DNA of 64,000 bases from an uncultured virus (IMG/VR IMGVR_UViG_3300020050_011573) (taxonomy: Duplodnaviria; Heunggongvirae; Uroviricota; Caudoviricetes). Every line of letters starts with the position of its first letter. Positions within the stretch are counted from its first letter, which is position 1. The stretch lies in the IMG/VR virus record IMGVR_UViG_3300020050_011573; one strand, written 5' to 3'. The position numbers and the translations under genes are program-made. Positions 55,966 through 63,997 of this stretch are shown piece after piece. The notes beneath the pieces were generated by a model. It saw nothing but the letters and a program-made list of their open reading frames with translations, was not told the DNA's origin and searched no databases.

Positions 55966-56002
55966 AAGAAAAACGGCGAGTCACCTTACTAACTCGCCGT
56001 TT
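55964..56002 (-). terminator. Terminator closing the inserted regulatory block
   Basis: AAACGGCGAGT...ACTCGCCGTTT followed by TTCTTTT on the - strand. Confidence 0.7.
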
Positions 56003-56074
56003 CGTTCCACCACTTTTAGGTCAAGTTTCCCTTCCCTATTCGGTAGTTTCTCACTTCTACCAATTGCGCGCAGG

Positions 56075-56842
56075 TTACACCAGGATTGTCGCTTCCGGCA
56101 AGAGTGTTTTGAGGTGTTCGGCGACCATCTTCTTTTGCTGATATTCCCAGTTTCGGTAATGCTGTTCAACCAACCGAATCGAAGCATTGTTGCCGTTCCG
56201 TTTGATTCGAATCATAAACGTTGAAGGATGAATCGCCACTTCGGGGAACGTTCGCACGGGATAAAGAACCACCTTGTCAATCGTCGCATCCCCACTTTTG
56301 CTATTCTTGGAACTGATCCGGCTGCGCACCGTGATTTCTCGGCTCAATCCTCCATCGCTTAATTCGGTCAAGTCTTCGATTTTGATTGTGCTGAACTCGT
56401 CAACCAACCGATCCACCATATCATCAGCAACAAAACACTCCCGAAGCTGAATCAACGCTTGTTCGATTTCAACGAAGCTCTGAATCATCGAGCAATTTGC
56501 ACTGCTCCCCGCTGAAGCCGAAACATGCAGCACCCTGTTTTTGTCATCGTGAACGTCCAACAGGTGAACCAGTGAAACGCTTTCCACTTTGAGAACGAAT
56601 GTGTGTTCGTCATCAGCCAAATTGACATAAAGCTTTTCAACGTATTCTTTCAGCGCTTCGAGTGTGGAAACCGCCACCTGCTCCACTCGTTTCTCTTTTT
56701 CTGGCTTTTCCACATGCACAATCTGCTTGCCGCCTTGCACGAGAACACGGCTGCCATCGGGCATGTCAAAAACTTCCGCCTTTGCTGCGTGTTGCACTGC
56801 CTGAAACAGATTGGTCAACTCACCGTTTTCTCCATAATTCAT
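56075..56842 (-). CDS. Conserved-type phage hypothetical protein
   Basis: VSTLEALKEYV...LYPVRTFPEV..PSTFMIRI; paired with the upstream small gene. Confidence 0.65.
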   Translation of the reverse strand: MNYGENGELTNLFQAVQHAAKAEVFDMPDGSRVLVQGGKQIVHVEKPEKEKRVEQVAVSTLEALKEYVEKLYVNLADDEHTFVLKVESVSLVHLLDVHDDKNRVLHVSASAGSSANCSMIQSFVEIEQALIQLRECFVADDMVDRLVDEFSTIKIEDLTELSDGGLSREITVRSRISSKNSKSGDATIDKVVLYPVRTFPEVAIHPSTFMIRIKRNGNNASIRLVEQHYRNWEYQQKKMVAEHLKTLLPEATILV

Positions 56843-56964
56843 AAAAGTCTCCGATTGATTAAGTTTTGTTTGGTGCCGTCCCCGGCTTTTCAACTCCCCA
56901 GTCTAAAACCACGCCGATGAAAAGTTATATGTCTCTTGAACGACTAGGGACGGCATAGATTGAA

Positions 56965-57327
56965 TCACTTGAAGCCCAGGCGCGGTTGCTCGGGATCACT
57001 CTCACTGACAATAATGGAATCGCCAGCCGGAACCAGGTACGCACGGCTGCGCTGTGGCACGCGATCCGGAAACTTCGTCTTCACGTTCACATCGAAATCC
57101 ACTACTGACCGATCCGCCGTTGGAATCAGCGCAATCTCGACAATGATGGTCCGCGGCTTGGCTGCCGGATAGCTCATATCCACGATATTTTTGACTGCCG
57201 CCTGAAATGCTTCGGGAAATCGCTTCCCCACTTCAGCGCGGCCAATCGTTTCAAGTTGGATGTTTGAATCCAGTTCGATTTGAACCCGGCTCGCCAGTTC
57301 CGTTCGCTCATCTTCTGCTGTTCTCAT
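56965..57327 (-). CDS. Conserved-type phage hypothetical protein
   Basis: KNIVD.SYPAAKPRTI.VEI.L.P..DR...VKTK pattern. Confidence 0.65.
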   Translation of the reverse strand: MRTAEDERTELASRVQIELDSNIQLETIGRAEVGKRFPEAFQAAVKNIVDMSYPAAKPRTIIVEIALIPTADRSVVDFDVNVKTKFPDRVPQRSRAYLVPAGDSIIVSESDPEQPRLGFK

Positions 57328-57812
57328 TGATTTACTCCAGTTTGGCCGATCCCCGGTAAGAGTTTCGGCATTTGGTTGTTCTCGTAGGCAGCGGCAATTT
57401 GCGGAATCACGTAATCGCCAACCGTCTGCCCGTTCGGTAAAACGATATGAGCCATAAACTCTTGTTCAAAAGTCGAAATCTTCGCTTCCACAGCTTCAAG
57501 CTTGGCCTTTACAACCAACGTCAAAGCCCGCCATCGCTGCCGTGTGGCTTGTTCCCAAGCTTCGCGCTGTTGTTGAGGGCTTCGCACTGTCCCACGCACT
57601 GGCGTTAGCTTAAAGTCCCTAAAAGCTGGCATTTTGAGCATAAATTGAACCCGCAGAGTTTTAACCCTGAATGCCAACACCGCAACAGGCGGGTTTATGT
57701 CTTCATCCCAGCCATAAGAGAACCCAGATGCACCATACCGGCGAAGGATTGATTCAATCTCCGCTCGTGATTTCTCTGCGCTAACTTCTGTATTTGCTGC
57801 AAATTTTGCCAT
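57324..57812 (-). CDS. Conserved-type phage hypothetical protein
   Basis: TEVSAEKSRAEIESILRRYGA...RWRALTLVVKAKLEAVE..FEQEFMAHIVLPNGQTV; SD before ATG 57812. Confidence 0.7.
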   Translation of the reverse strand: MAKFAANTEVSAEKSRAEIESILRRYGASGFSYGWDEDINPPVAVLAFRVKTLRVQFMLKMPAFRDFKLTPVRGTVRSPQQQREAWEQATRQRWRALTLVVKAKLEAVEAKISTFEQEFMAHIVLPNGQTVGDYVIPQIAAAYENNQMPKLLPGIGQTGVNQ

Positions 57813-57829
57813 CCCAATACCTCCCTCTA

Positions 57830-57898
57830 TTCCAGCGGCGGGACTCGAACCCGCATTCCCGGCTTGCGGCCAGAGTTTCACCGTTACCTCACGCTGGA
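57830..57898 (-). tRNA. Degenerate tRNA-like element (apparent GCA anticodon)
   Basis: Acceptor TCCAGCG/CGCTGGA, perfect T-arm GCGGG-TTCGAGT-CCCGC, D-loop GG; atypical anticodon arm, ~69 nt, no encoded CCA. Confidence 0.6.
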
Positions 57899-57928
57899 AC
57901 CAATGAGCCGACGATCCTCAGCGCCGAC

Positions 57929-58165
57929 TCAAACTTTGCTCTTTAGAGCTTGTTCTTCCCAGTACTTCTCAAGCAGCTTGTTAGACTGTGATTGAATCTC
58001 CCGCGCCCAGTCTTTCACGTTCACATCATCGCTGCACTGGAGAATCTTTCCTGCACAATTTCTAATCGTCGCCAATGGCGAGGCCGATCCTCGCGGCAAC
58101 GTCATTTCGTCCTTTGGTGTGCAACTCTGATTCAAGTCTATCTGCAATTGTTCTTCTGCGTTCAT
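57929..58165 (-). CDS. Hypothetical protein
   Basis: AAGGAG SD before ATG 58165; overlaps the end of ORF 58062. Confidence 0.4.
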   Translation of the reverse strand: MNAEEQLQIDLNQSCTPKDEMTLPRGSASPLATIRNCAGKILQCSDDVNVKDWAREIQSQSNKLLEKYWEEQALKSKV

Positions 58166-58886
58166 TTTCGGGTAACTCCTTCCAAGATTGAAATTCAAAT
58201 TTGCCCACTCGGGCGAAAACGTAAGAGAAAGGCGGTTCTCCATCACGCCAGCGAAGCTTGACTTGGAATCCCTTGTCATTCGCCGGACATTCCCACCAAG
58301 AGCCAGTTTCGGGAGTGGGCAAAAGCGGCTTTACGTCATTTTGCTCACTGGTGGGCAAATCCAATAACTCCCGCTTTTTCCGTGACTTAACTTTTGGTTG
58401 CTCACTGGTGGGCAAATCCGGTTTCTGTGTCGCTTTTAGTCCAGCATCAGCACTTTGCACACCAGCCGAACCAGCCAGGGAACCCACAACTCTTTTGTGA
58501 GCCACCCGCCGAGGGCCAATATGCACACCAGAAAGGCTCTTGCTAATATCTTCATCGGTTACTGGCTCCAAGTCAGCACCATGGACACCAGCGCCAGGAT
58601 CCCCAGGCCCACGGTGATGCAAAATAGCGTCTTTTTGCGCACTTCCTTTTTGAATTCGTGCATTTTTTACCTCTTCCCCGCTTCCCTGCCCCGAGTTTTC
58701 CACAAGTTGAGAATCCTTTGAAACTTCATCAAATCTGCGGCTAAACTCTTCTGCCGGCATCACTTCTTCAATTCGACGCCCGTCAGGGTGAGTAAAAATC
58801 GCTTTTCCGTTCGACCAATACCCACCCCAGCCTTCTTTTGCATGCCAGCCGTCACCACTCCATGACGACTGGCCTACACGTTTCCC
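58062..58886 (-). CDS. -1 frameshift extension of the upstream membrane protein
   Basis: Open -1 frame entered at slippery G GGA AAC (58880-58886); no convincing independent start. Confidence 0.55.
   Translation of the reverse strand, partial: GKRVGQSSWSGDGWHAKEGWGGYWSNGKAIFTHPDGRRIEEVMPAEEFSRRFDEVSKDSQLVENSGQGSGEEVKNARIQKGSAQKDAILHHRGPGDPGAGVHGADLEPVTDEDISKSLSGVHIGPRRVAHKRVVGSLAGSAGVQSADAGLKATQKPDLPTSEQPKVKSRKKRELLDLPTSEQNDVKPLLPTPETGSWWECPANDKGFQVKLRWRDGEPPFSYVFARVGKFEFQSWKELPENERRRTIADRLESELHTKGRNDVAARIGLAIGDD
58844..58886 (-). other. Programmed -1 ribosomal frameshift cassette
   Basis: G GGA AAC heptamer, 6-nt spacer GTGTAG, 11-bp stem GCCAGTCGTCA/TGACGGCTGGC. Confidence 0.7.
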
Positions 58887-59728
58887 GGTGATTGGTTCGA
58901 TTGGGCTGTAGCTCCTGCCGTTTGTCCGGAAGCGAAGCCTACCGGCTGCCTCAAAGGCGGTTCGCTGGGTTGAGCAAACTTGGAATTGCCGCTGGCAGAA
59001 TGCGCCGCCAATCCAAGGCAAATGACTGTCAGCAGTCCCAGGAAAAGCGGTACGACGGTCAGCCCGTAGCGCTCATACGTGTTGAGTTTGGCAATATCCA
59101 CTGCTGTGGGTGTGGCATCTGCTTCAGCCTCAGCAGAAGAGGGAGGCTTTGCCGCTGCCTTGCCGGACCGAATAAATTCACGCGCAAGCCGCTTGTCCTG
59201 CGCCGCAAGCTGGCCAGCCAACTCTGCCTGTTTTTCGATCAGTTTTCGCTGTTCTTCGGCAGCCTGGCGCTGTGCGACCAACTGATGCTCGGATGCTTTA
59301 CTTGCCATCGTTTCTTGCCAATCAAGATCGAGTGCAATGGATGCGTTGATGAGCAGGACAGCCGTTAAGACAATCTGACAGATCATTGCGACACCGGCAA
59401 TGCGCTGGCTTTCAGAAGTTGCCATCCAAGCGCAGATGATAGCCATCAGTTCAGCGCCAACTGTGCCGATGATGCCAATCTTGCCCATCCCAACCAGCCG
59501 CCCGGACAGGTGAGAACCAACAATGACGAGGGTGAAAACGGTAGACAGGACGGCCAACGCGACACCAACCCATTTCAGGATTGACAGTTCGCGGCTCATT
59601 GTCCCGGCGACCATCACAGTAGATGCGGCCAACAGGCTGAAAATCGCCAGCTTACCGGCAAAGTTGCCGTTTATCGGCAAGCTGTCCATAGCTCCAGAAA
59701 ACAATGCGATAAAAATTTTGTTGTACAT
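58874..59728 (-). CDS. Multi-pass membrane protein with coiled coil
   Basis: Four to five N-terminal hydrophobic helices, Q/E/A coiled coil, one further TM helix; GGAGG SD. Confidence 0.75.
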   Translation of the reverse strand: MYNKIFIALFSGAMDSLPINGNFAGKLAIFSLLAASTVMVAGTMSRELSILKWVGVALAVLSTVFTLVIVGSHLSGRLVGMGKIGIIGTVGAELMAIICAWMATSESQRIAGVAMICQIVLTAVLLINASIALDLDWQETMASKASEHQLVAQRQAAEEQRKLIEKQAELAGQLAAQDKRLAREFIRSGKAAAKPPSSAEAEADATPTAVDIAKLNTYERYGLTVVPLFLGLLTVICLGLAAHSASGNSKFAQPSEPPLRQPVGFASGQTAGATAQSNQSPGNV

Positions 59729-59862
59729 TTTCCAATGCCTCCAATTTGTTTGTTTTACGGGCGTTCAGCCCCCAAGCCAAACGCCCTACCACTAAGAGAA
59801 CTCGTTACCAAGTGATTAAGCTTCCATCGGCAAGCCCTCCTTTGTTGAAAAGGGAACGTTAG

Positions 59863-59971
59863 AATCAGAGTTGGCCTTACACGCCCAAAAGCAGACCATT
59901 TACCTTGATACTTTCATCTCAAGCCACCTTTCGGCTGGTTTCTGCCTGCCGTCCTGCCCGGCGCTCTGATT
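59863..59971 (-). ncRNA. Candidate structured RNA in a long 5' leader
   Basis: Nested helices AATCAGAG/CTCTGATT and GCAGA-ACCA/TGGTCTGC enclosing two GAAA-capped hairpins. Confidence 0.5.
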
Positions 59972-59994
59972 TTCAATCAGCTTCAACTACGCAT

Positions 59995-60040
59995 AAGATA
60001 CACGAACTGCATTGCAGATGCAATGCACTTTTGCTACTAT
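59995..60040. promoter_or_regulatory. Divergent promoters with shared palindromic operator
   Basis: + strand TTGCAG-N17-TACTAT (extended -10); - strand TTGCAT-N17-TATCTT; perfect IR TGCATTGCA-GA-TGCAATGCA (60008-60027) covers both -35 boxes. Confidence 0.7.
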
Positions 60041-60047
60041 CCGGCGT

Positions 60048-60257
60048 ATGGCAAAGAAAAAAGAAGGTGAACTTCCCAAAGAAAACATCACATTGCGAAT
60101 TGATCCGGCGATCATCCGCAAAGCTCATCAACTGGCCAACGAATCGAATCAATCTCTTGTCTGGTGGTTTGAAAACACCTTGGCCACAGCCTGGGGATTA
60201 CGAAGCTGGCCCAAGCCGCCCAAAGGACTCAAAAAAGCAAAGGAAATAAAACCGTAA
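60048..60257 (+). CDS. Ribbon-helix-helix-type transcriptional regulator (likely leaderless)
   Basis: KENITLRIDPAIIRKAHQLA...SL..W.E; ATG 7 nt after the -10 box. Confidence 0.7.
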   Translation: MAKKKEGELPKENITLRIDPAIIRKAHQLANESNQSLVWWFENTLATAWGLRSWPKPPKGLKKAKEIKP

Positions 60258-60535
60258 TGACGTTACTTGAGAAAATGCGCGCTAAAAAAGAAGCAATTGA
60301 CGCGATGCCGGCATTACCGCAACAACCCAGGCTGATCAAGCGACAGTCTCAATGCCGGCCCGTATTACTGCTACTCGCAAACAAGCAAAAACGTTTCTCA
60401 TCTCTCCAAATGGCTGCCAAATGGCTGACAACTGAACTAGATCAACCCTGTTCACCGTCTGGAATAGGGCAGGCTATCCGACGAAATAACCCCTACAAAG
60501 GATACAAATTTAAGTACGAGGAAGGCCGCAAATGA
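60257..60535 (+). CDS. NUMOD1-like DNA-binding protein
   Basis: RFSSLQMAAKWL...IGQAIRRN.PYKGYKFKY. Confidence 0.6.
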   Translation: MTLLEKMRAKKEAIDAMPALPQQPRLIKRQSQCRPVLLLLANKQKRFSSLQMAAKWLTTELDQPCSPSGIGQAIRRNNPYKGYKFKYEEGRK

Positions 60536-60714
60536 TCACAATTGAAAACCAAAACACTCACGATGCTGGCCGTTGCCAGGGATGCAGGGAAGATCACAAG
60601 AAGGTATGGGTAATCGAAGCCAATGCCTCAAACATCACGATCATTCAACTTCGTCTTTGCATTCAGTGCCTCGACCAACTGAGAGAGAAGATTGCGAGAA
60701 TCATCCCATTTTGA
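60532..60714 (+). CDS. Small Zn-finger protein
   Basis: GRCQGC...LRLCIQCLDQL. Confidence 0.6.
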   Translation: MITIENQNTHDAGRCQGCREDHKKVWVIEANASNITIIQLRLCIQCLDQLREKIARIIPF

Positions 60715-60725
60715 GGAAGGGGAAT

Positions 60726-60935
60726 ATGATCAAGATTACCAAAGAGCAATCCGGCACTTGCCGAAGCTGCGATGAACGTGTGAGCGAAATTCACGTCATC
60801 AAAATCTTGCACAAGGATGACTCCAACTACGTGCAAAAAGTTCGACTCTGTTCTACTTGCATTGGCAAACTTCGAGCAGTGCTACTATCAGATGCTTTCT
60901 CACGCGTTCAAGTTCACAACCGAATACACCGATAA
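60726..60935 (+). CDS. Small Zn-finger protein (paralog of the previous gene)
   Basis: GTCRSC...VRLCSTCIGKL; GAGGAAGGGG SD. Confidence 0.6.
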   Translation: MIKITKEQSGTCRSCDERVSEIHVIKILHKDDSNYVQKVRLCSTCIGKLRAVLLSDAFSRVQVHNRIHR

Positions 60936-63149
60936 TCACCGATCCCTGATCGTCCTGACCGTTCGACCTGAGTAGCTTTCCCGGCCCGTATATCGTTCGT
61001 CCTGAATGTCCTTCGCAATCTCGTGACGCGCTTCCTGATAAGCGTAATACGCCGTGTAACCCTCCTCTTTCATCGTCTCCAACGCCTGACCGTCTTTGAA
61101 AGACTTCTGCAACCGCTGCTGGAGTCTTTCCTCATCTGTCAACGCCACCATCGAGGGAAGAGCAGCACAGATTGCTCGCACAACGTCAAAAGCGTCATCG
61201 AACTTCTTGAAATGCCGCTGTGCTTTGACCGGCTTGCCTTCCTCGCTTTGTGGAATATGGATCCTCGGCAACTCTTCGCGTGTGCGCTTGAATCCGGTCA
61301 CGTCATTGAGTGCTGGCTTGACGGTCCACCGGCTTTTTGTGGCTGAAATCAACCGGCTGATTTGCTCTTTTCGCTCGATCAAGCTGGCAAGCTGACTGCT
61401 CACCATTTCAGGGTATTCAAGCGGGAAACCGTCAACGACCGGCATCAACTCGCCTTGCTTGTCCTCCACGATGATGAACGCCCTTGGATGCCCGTGTAGT
61501 TCTGGCCGGAATGGATGCTTGCCCGCGTAAGGCGTGAAATAGGCCTGTGTTTGTGGATAGCCCATCGTGTAACCGGCTTCGGTATCCCATTTTTGGAAGG
61601 GAAGCCCAAAGTGATCTTGATAAATCAACCGCTCTGATTCGGCTTCGTGCGAGATAAGCCAGTTCTCAATATCATCATCCCGAATGTACTTCTTGAGCGT
61701 GTCCTTAATGATTGGAGCCATGATCAACGGTTGCGCGCCTTCACCCATAAAAATTTGAACGTGAAAAAACAAATGCCGAGGAAGGACACTGTTTGCCGGG
61801 GCCATTGCAGCAGCGATCAACACGGTGGGATGATCGTCTGATGTGCCGCAGTCCATTGCAATCGTGTGGCGCCAGCCTTTGGGAATTCGGAACTGTCCAT
61901 CATCACCAATGGCTGTTTGCCCAAAGACGTTGATAAACTCAGCCTGTGTGATGACGTGATGCGGTTCGGAGAACATCCAGAGCAGACGACCAGCCACCGA
62001 ACCCTCATAGTCCAAATCCCACTCTTGCGCCAATTCCACCGCACTCAACCGGCGTGATGCAATCCTGTAGCTGTCTTCAGTCTTCCAAGGATGCTGTCTC
62101 CAGTGGAGAGAGAAGTGCGGAATATTCTTATCAGTCTTTAACTCGCCGAACTTATTGAATTTCCCTTGTGGAGTGGACACAGCCAACCGAGTACGAGTAC
62201 TTTCTGATGCAGCAGTCCAAGCAGCATATCCACCAGATGGCCAAGCCGCAGACTCATCGAAAACCACCATAGCCTGACGACCACCACGCGCAAACTGCTC
62301 ATTTGCGGACTCGCCTTTGAGCAATGAGCCAGTGACCGGATTCTTGATATTGAGAAATGGCGCATGCTTTGCGAACGTGAACCCTTTCGGCAACATCCAG
62401 CCAGGGACCAGGCGAAGCGCAATCCGGCCTTTTTCAAGCAAGGTGTCTGAGTCGCCCACCTTATCCACAAAAGCTTCTTTGCGGCTTCCATAGGTGGCTG
62501 TGAATGGCTGGCGTTCGGGGGCAAGCAACCACTCCATTGCACCGAAGACCATCACAATCCACGATGCCCCCAGATCGCGAGATTTATCAAGATGACCATC
62601 TTTGCGTTGGGTGTAGACGAGGTTGTAAATCCAGCCAATCAACTCATCTTGGCAATTGAAAGGCAGGAAGGGAATGTAGGTGAGTGGCGCATCGGTCCTT
62701 GGGTCACTTGTCCATGCCCAATGATGCCACCAGTGAATGCGCCCAGGTAACCCGGCTTTGCACTTGGCGATTTCAGCTTCCTGCTTCTCCGGCGAATCAA
62801 GCGCTTCCCAGTAGGCGAGACGGCGTTGGGCTTCTTCTGATGCTCGCACAAGCTTTTGCTCGACCAGCCAGCGGTAATATTTGGCTTCAAGGATTTCAAT
62901 CTCAACGGCTTCGATTTCATCAGGCGGAGCATCAGCCGCAATCAGGGCAGAGCGTTTATCTTCGTTCTCCCTGATGCCCTGGTCAATCTTGGCCTGTTCC
63001 GGCTCGATCAAGTCTTTGCCGTTGATGGCATCGTGGAGAGCTTGGAGTAATCGTTGGTCGTTTAGCTGACCTTCGGTGATACGAAACTCTGCTTTTGACA
63101 GCTTGGGAGCGCCAGACAAAACAGAGAACATTAGAGAGTCATCGGCCAT
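60936..63149 (-). CDS. terL: Terminase large subunit
   Basis: PFNCQ, Walker A KSRDLGASW, ARGGR, Walker B VVFDE, VSTPQG, AQEWD, nuclease AMDCG and DDAFD. Confidence 0.9.
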   Translation of the reverse strand: MADDSLMFSVLSGAPKLSKAEFRITEGQLNDQRLLQALHDAINGKDLIEPEQAKIDQGIRENEDKRSALIAADAPPDEIEAVEIEILEAKYYRWLVEQKLVRASEEAQRRLAYWEALDSPEKQEAEIAKCKAGLPGRIHWWHHWAWTSDPRTDAPLTYIPFLPFNCQDELIGWIYNLVYTQRKDGHLDKSRDLGASWIVMVFGAMEWLLAPERQPFTATYGSRKEAFVDKVGDSDTLLEKGRIALRLVPGWMLPKGFTFAKHAPFLNIKNPVTGSLLKGESANEQFARGGRQAMVVFDESAAWPSGGYAAWTAASESTRTRLAVSTPQGKFNKFGELKTDKNIPHFSLHWRQHPWKTEDSYRIASRRLSAVELAQEWDLDYEGSVAGRLLWMFSEPHHVITQAEFINVFGQTAIGDDGQFRIPKGWRHTIAMDCGTSDDHPTVLIAAAMAPANSVLPRHLFFHVQIFMGEGAQPLIMAPIIKDTLKKYIRDDDIENWLISHEAESERLIYQDHFGLPFQKWDTEAGYTMGYPQTQAYFTPYAGKHPFRPELHGHPRAFIIVEDKQGELMPVVDGFPLEYPEMVSSQLASLIERKEQISRLISATKSRWTVKPALNDVTGFKRTREELPRIHIPQSEEGKPVKAQRHFKKFDDAFDVVRAICAALPSMVALTDEERLQQRLQKSFKDGQALETMKEEGYTAYYAYQEARHEIAKDIQDERYTGRESYSGRTVRTIRDR

Positions 63150-63201
63150 ATCTAATCCAAATCAGTCTCAAGCCGTGTTTTCGACCATTTCAGGCCAGTT
63201 A

Positions 63202-63891
63202 TCAGTCAGATTCTTGTGAGTTTTCCTGCAAATCTATTACCGGCCCAACGCCCAACTCAGTTGTCACTCGCACACCACCTGCAAACTCTTCGCGCAGCCT
63301 TGGAGCAGCAGGGAAGTGTGGCGTGATCTTCAAGATCGCTTCTTCAGCCGACATATCAAACATTGCCATGGCTGTGCGAATTGCGGTCCTGGTGCGCTCC
63401 AACTCGTCATCCCGCGCTTCGATGCCCATCCACTTGCCCAGCGTCTGCGCGGCCTTCTGTGAGTCAACCATCTTGAGATGGATTACGCGATCAACAGTCT
63501 CCTCATCTTTCGATCCGCGCACACGCTTGACGGTCTCTGTGATCCTCAATTCCTTGATCAAATGAGAGACGCCGGCTTTTCGAGCAGCGATCACGACAGG
63601 CTCATCAGGGAGCAAATCAGCAATGTCCGCACGCAAGTGACTGGCCACAGTACCAATTACCTCTACAGCGGTAATATCGGCAGCAGCAGCGAGCAGTTCC
63701 TTCCGCCTGTGGAACTCAGCCACGAACGCGGGGTTTTTGAGCCAGGAGTTAACGGTTTGCTCCGGAATATTTTTTGCGCGACACGCAGCTTGGAAGTTCC
63801 AATTGAGAGCGCCGAGTGCAGCGATAAAGGAGCGTTGGACCGCGTTTACAGCGAGAGATTTGCGAGTTGTGCCTTTACGCTTGGTCTTCAT
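63202..63891 (-). CDS. terS: Terminase small subunit
   Basis: QRSFI..AAC...WLKNPAF HTH; ADIADL; KMVDSQKAAQTLGK; directly upstream of terL. Confidence 0.75.
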   Translation of the reverse strand: MKTKRKGTTRKSLAVNAVQRSFIAALGALNWNFQAACRAKNIPEQTVNSWLKNPAFVAEFHRRKELLAAAADITAVEVIGTVASHLRADIADLLPDEPVVIAARKAGVSHLIKELRITETVKRVRGSKDEETVDRVIHLKMVDSQKAAQTLGKWMGIEARDDELERTRTAIRTAMAMFDMSAEEAILKITPHFPAAPRLREEFAGGVRVTTELGVGPVIDLQENSQESD

Positions 63892-63900
63892 AACTCGTTG

Positions 63901-63928
63901 AGTATAGGGCAATTAGAGCAGTGATCAA
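63901..63928 (-). promoter_or_regulatory. Possible promoter for terminase genes
   Basis: TTGATC-N16-TATACT on the - strand with an AT-rich upstream tract. Confidence 0.45.
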
Positions 63929-63958
63929 AATAATCTCTGAAAATAATAAAATAAGTAC

Positions 63959-63997
63959 TTGCGCTTAGTGGTCAATGAGCATATAAAGAACTTGCCC
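63959..63997 (+). promoter_or_regulatory. Sigma70-like promoter, copy 2 of the conserved phage promoter
   Basis: TTGCGC-N17-TATAAA followed by GAACTTGCCC; matches the 4308 element. Confidence 0.7.

Noticed and set aside
55310..56224. 304-aa + strand ORF and other long antisense ORFs (48737, 54406, 21240, 23620, 34816)
   Set aside because: No motifs or SD, biased composition, lying opposite well-supported genes.
57813..57881. ORF-track N-terminal extension MKLWPQAGNAGSSP
   Set aside because: It is the translation of the tRNA-like element; the SD supports ATG 57812.
58341..58419. Two identical 22-nt semi-palindromic repeats (TTGCTCACTGGTGGGCAAATCC) 35 nt apart, resembling a mini CRISPR array
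   Set aside because: Only two copies; the 57-nt period is in frame and encodes DLPTSEQ twice; no cas genes or leader. A coding duplication is simpler.
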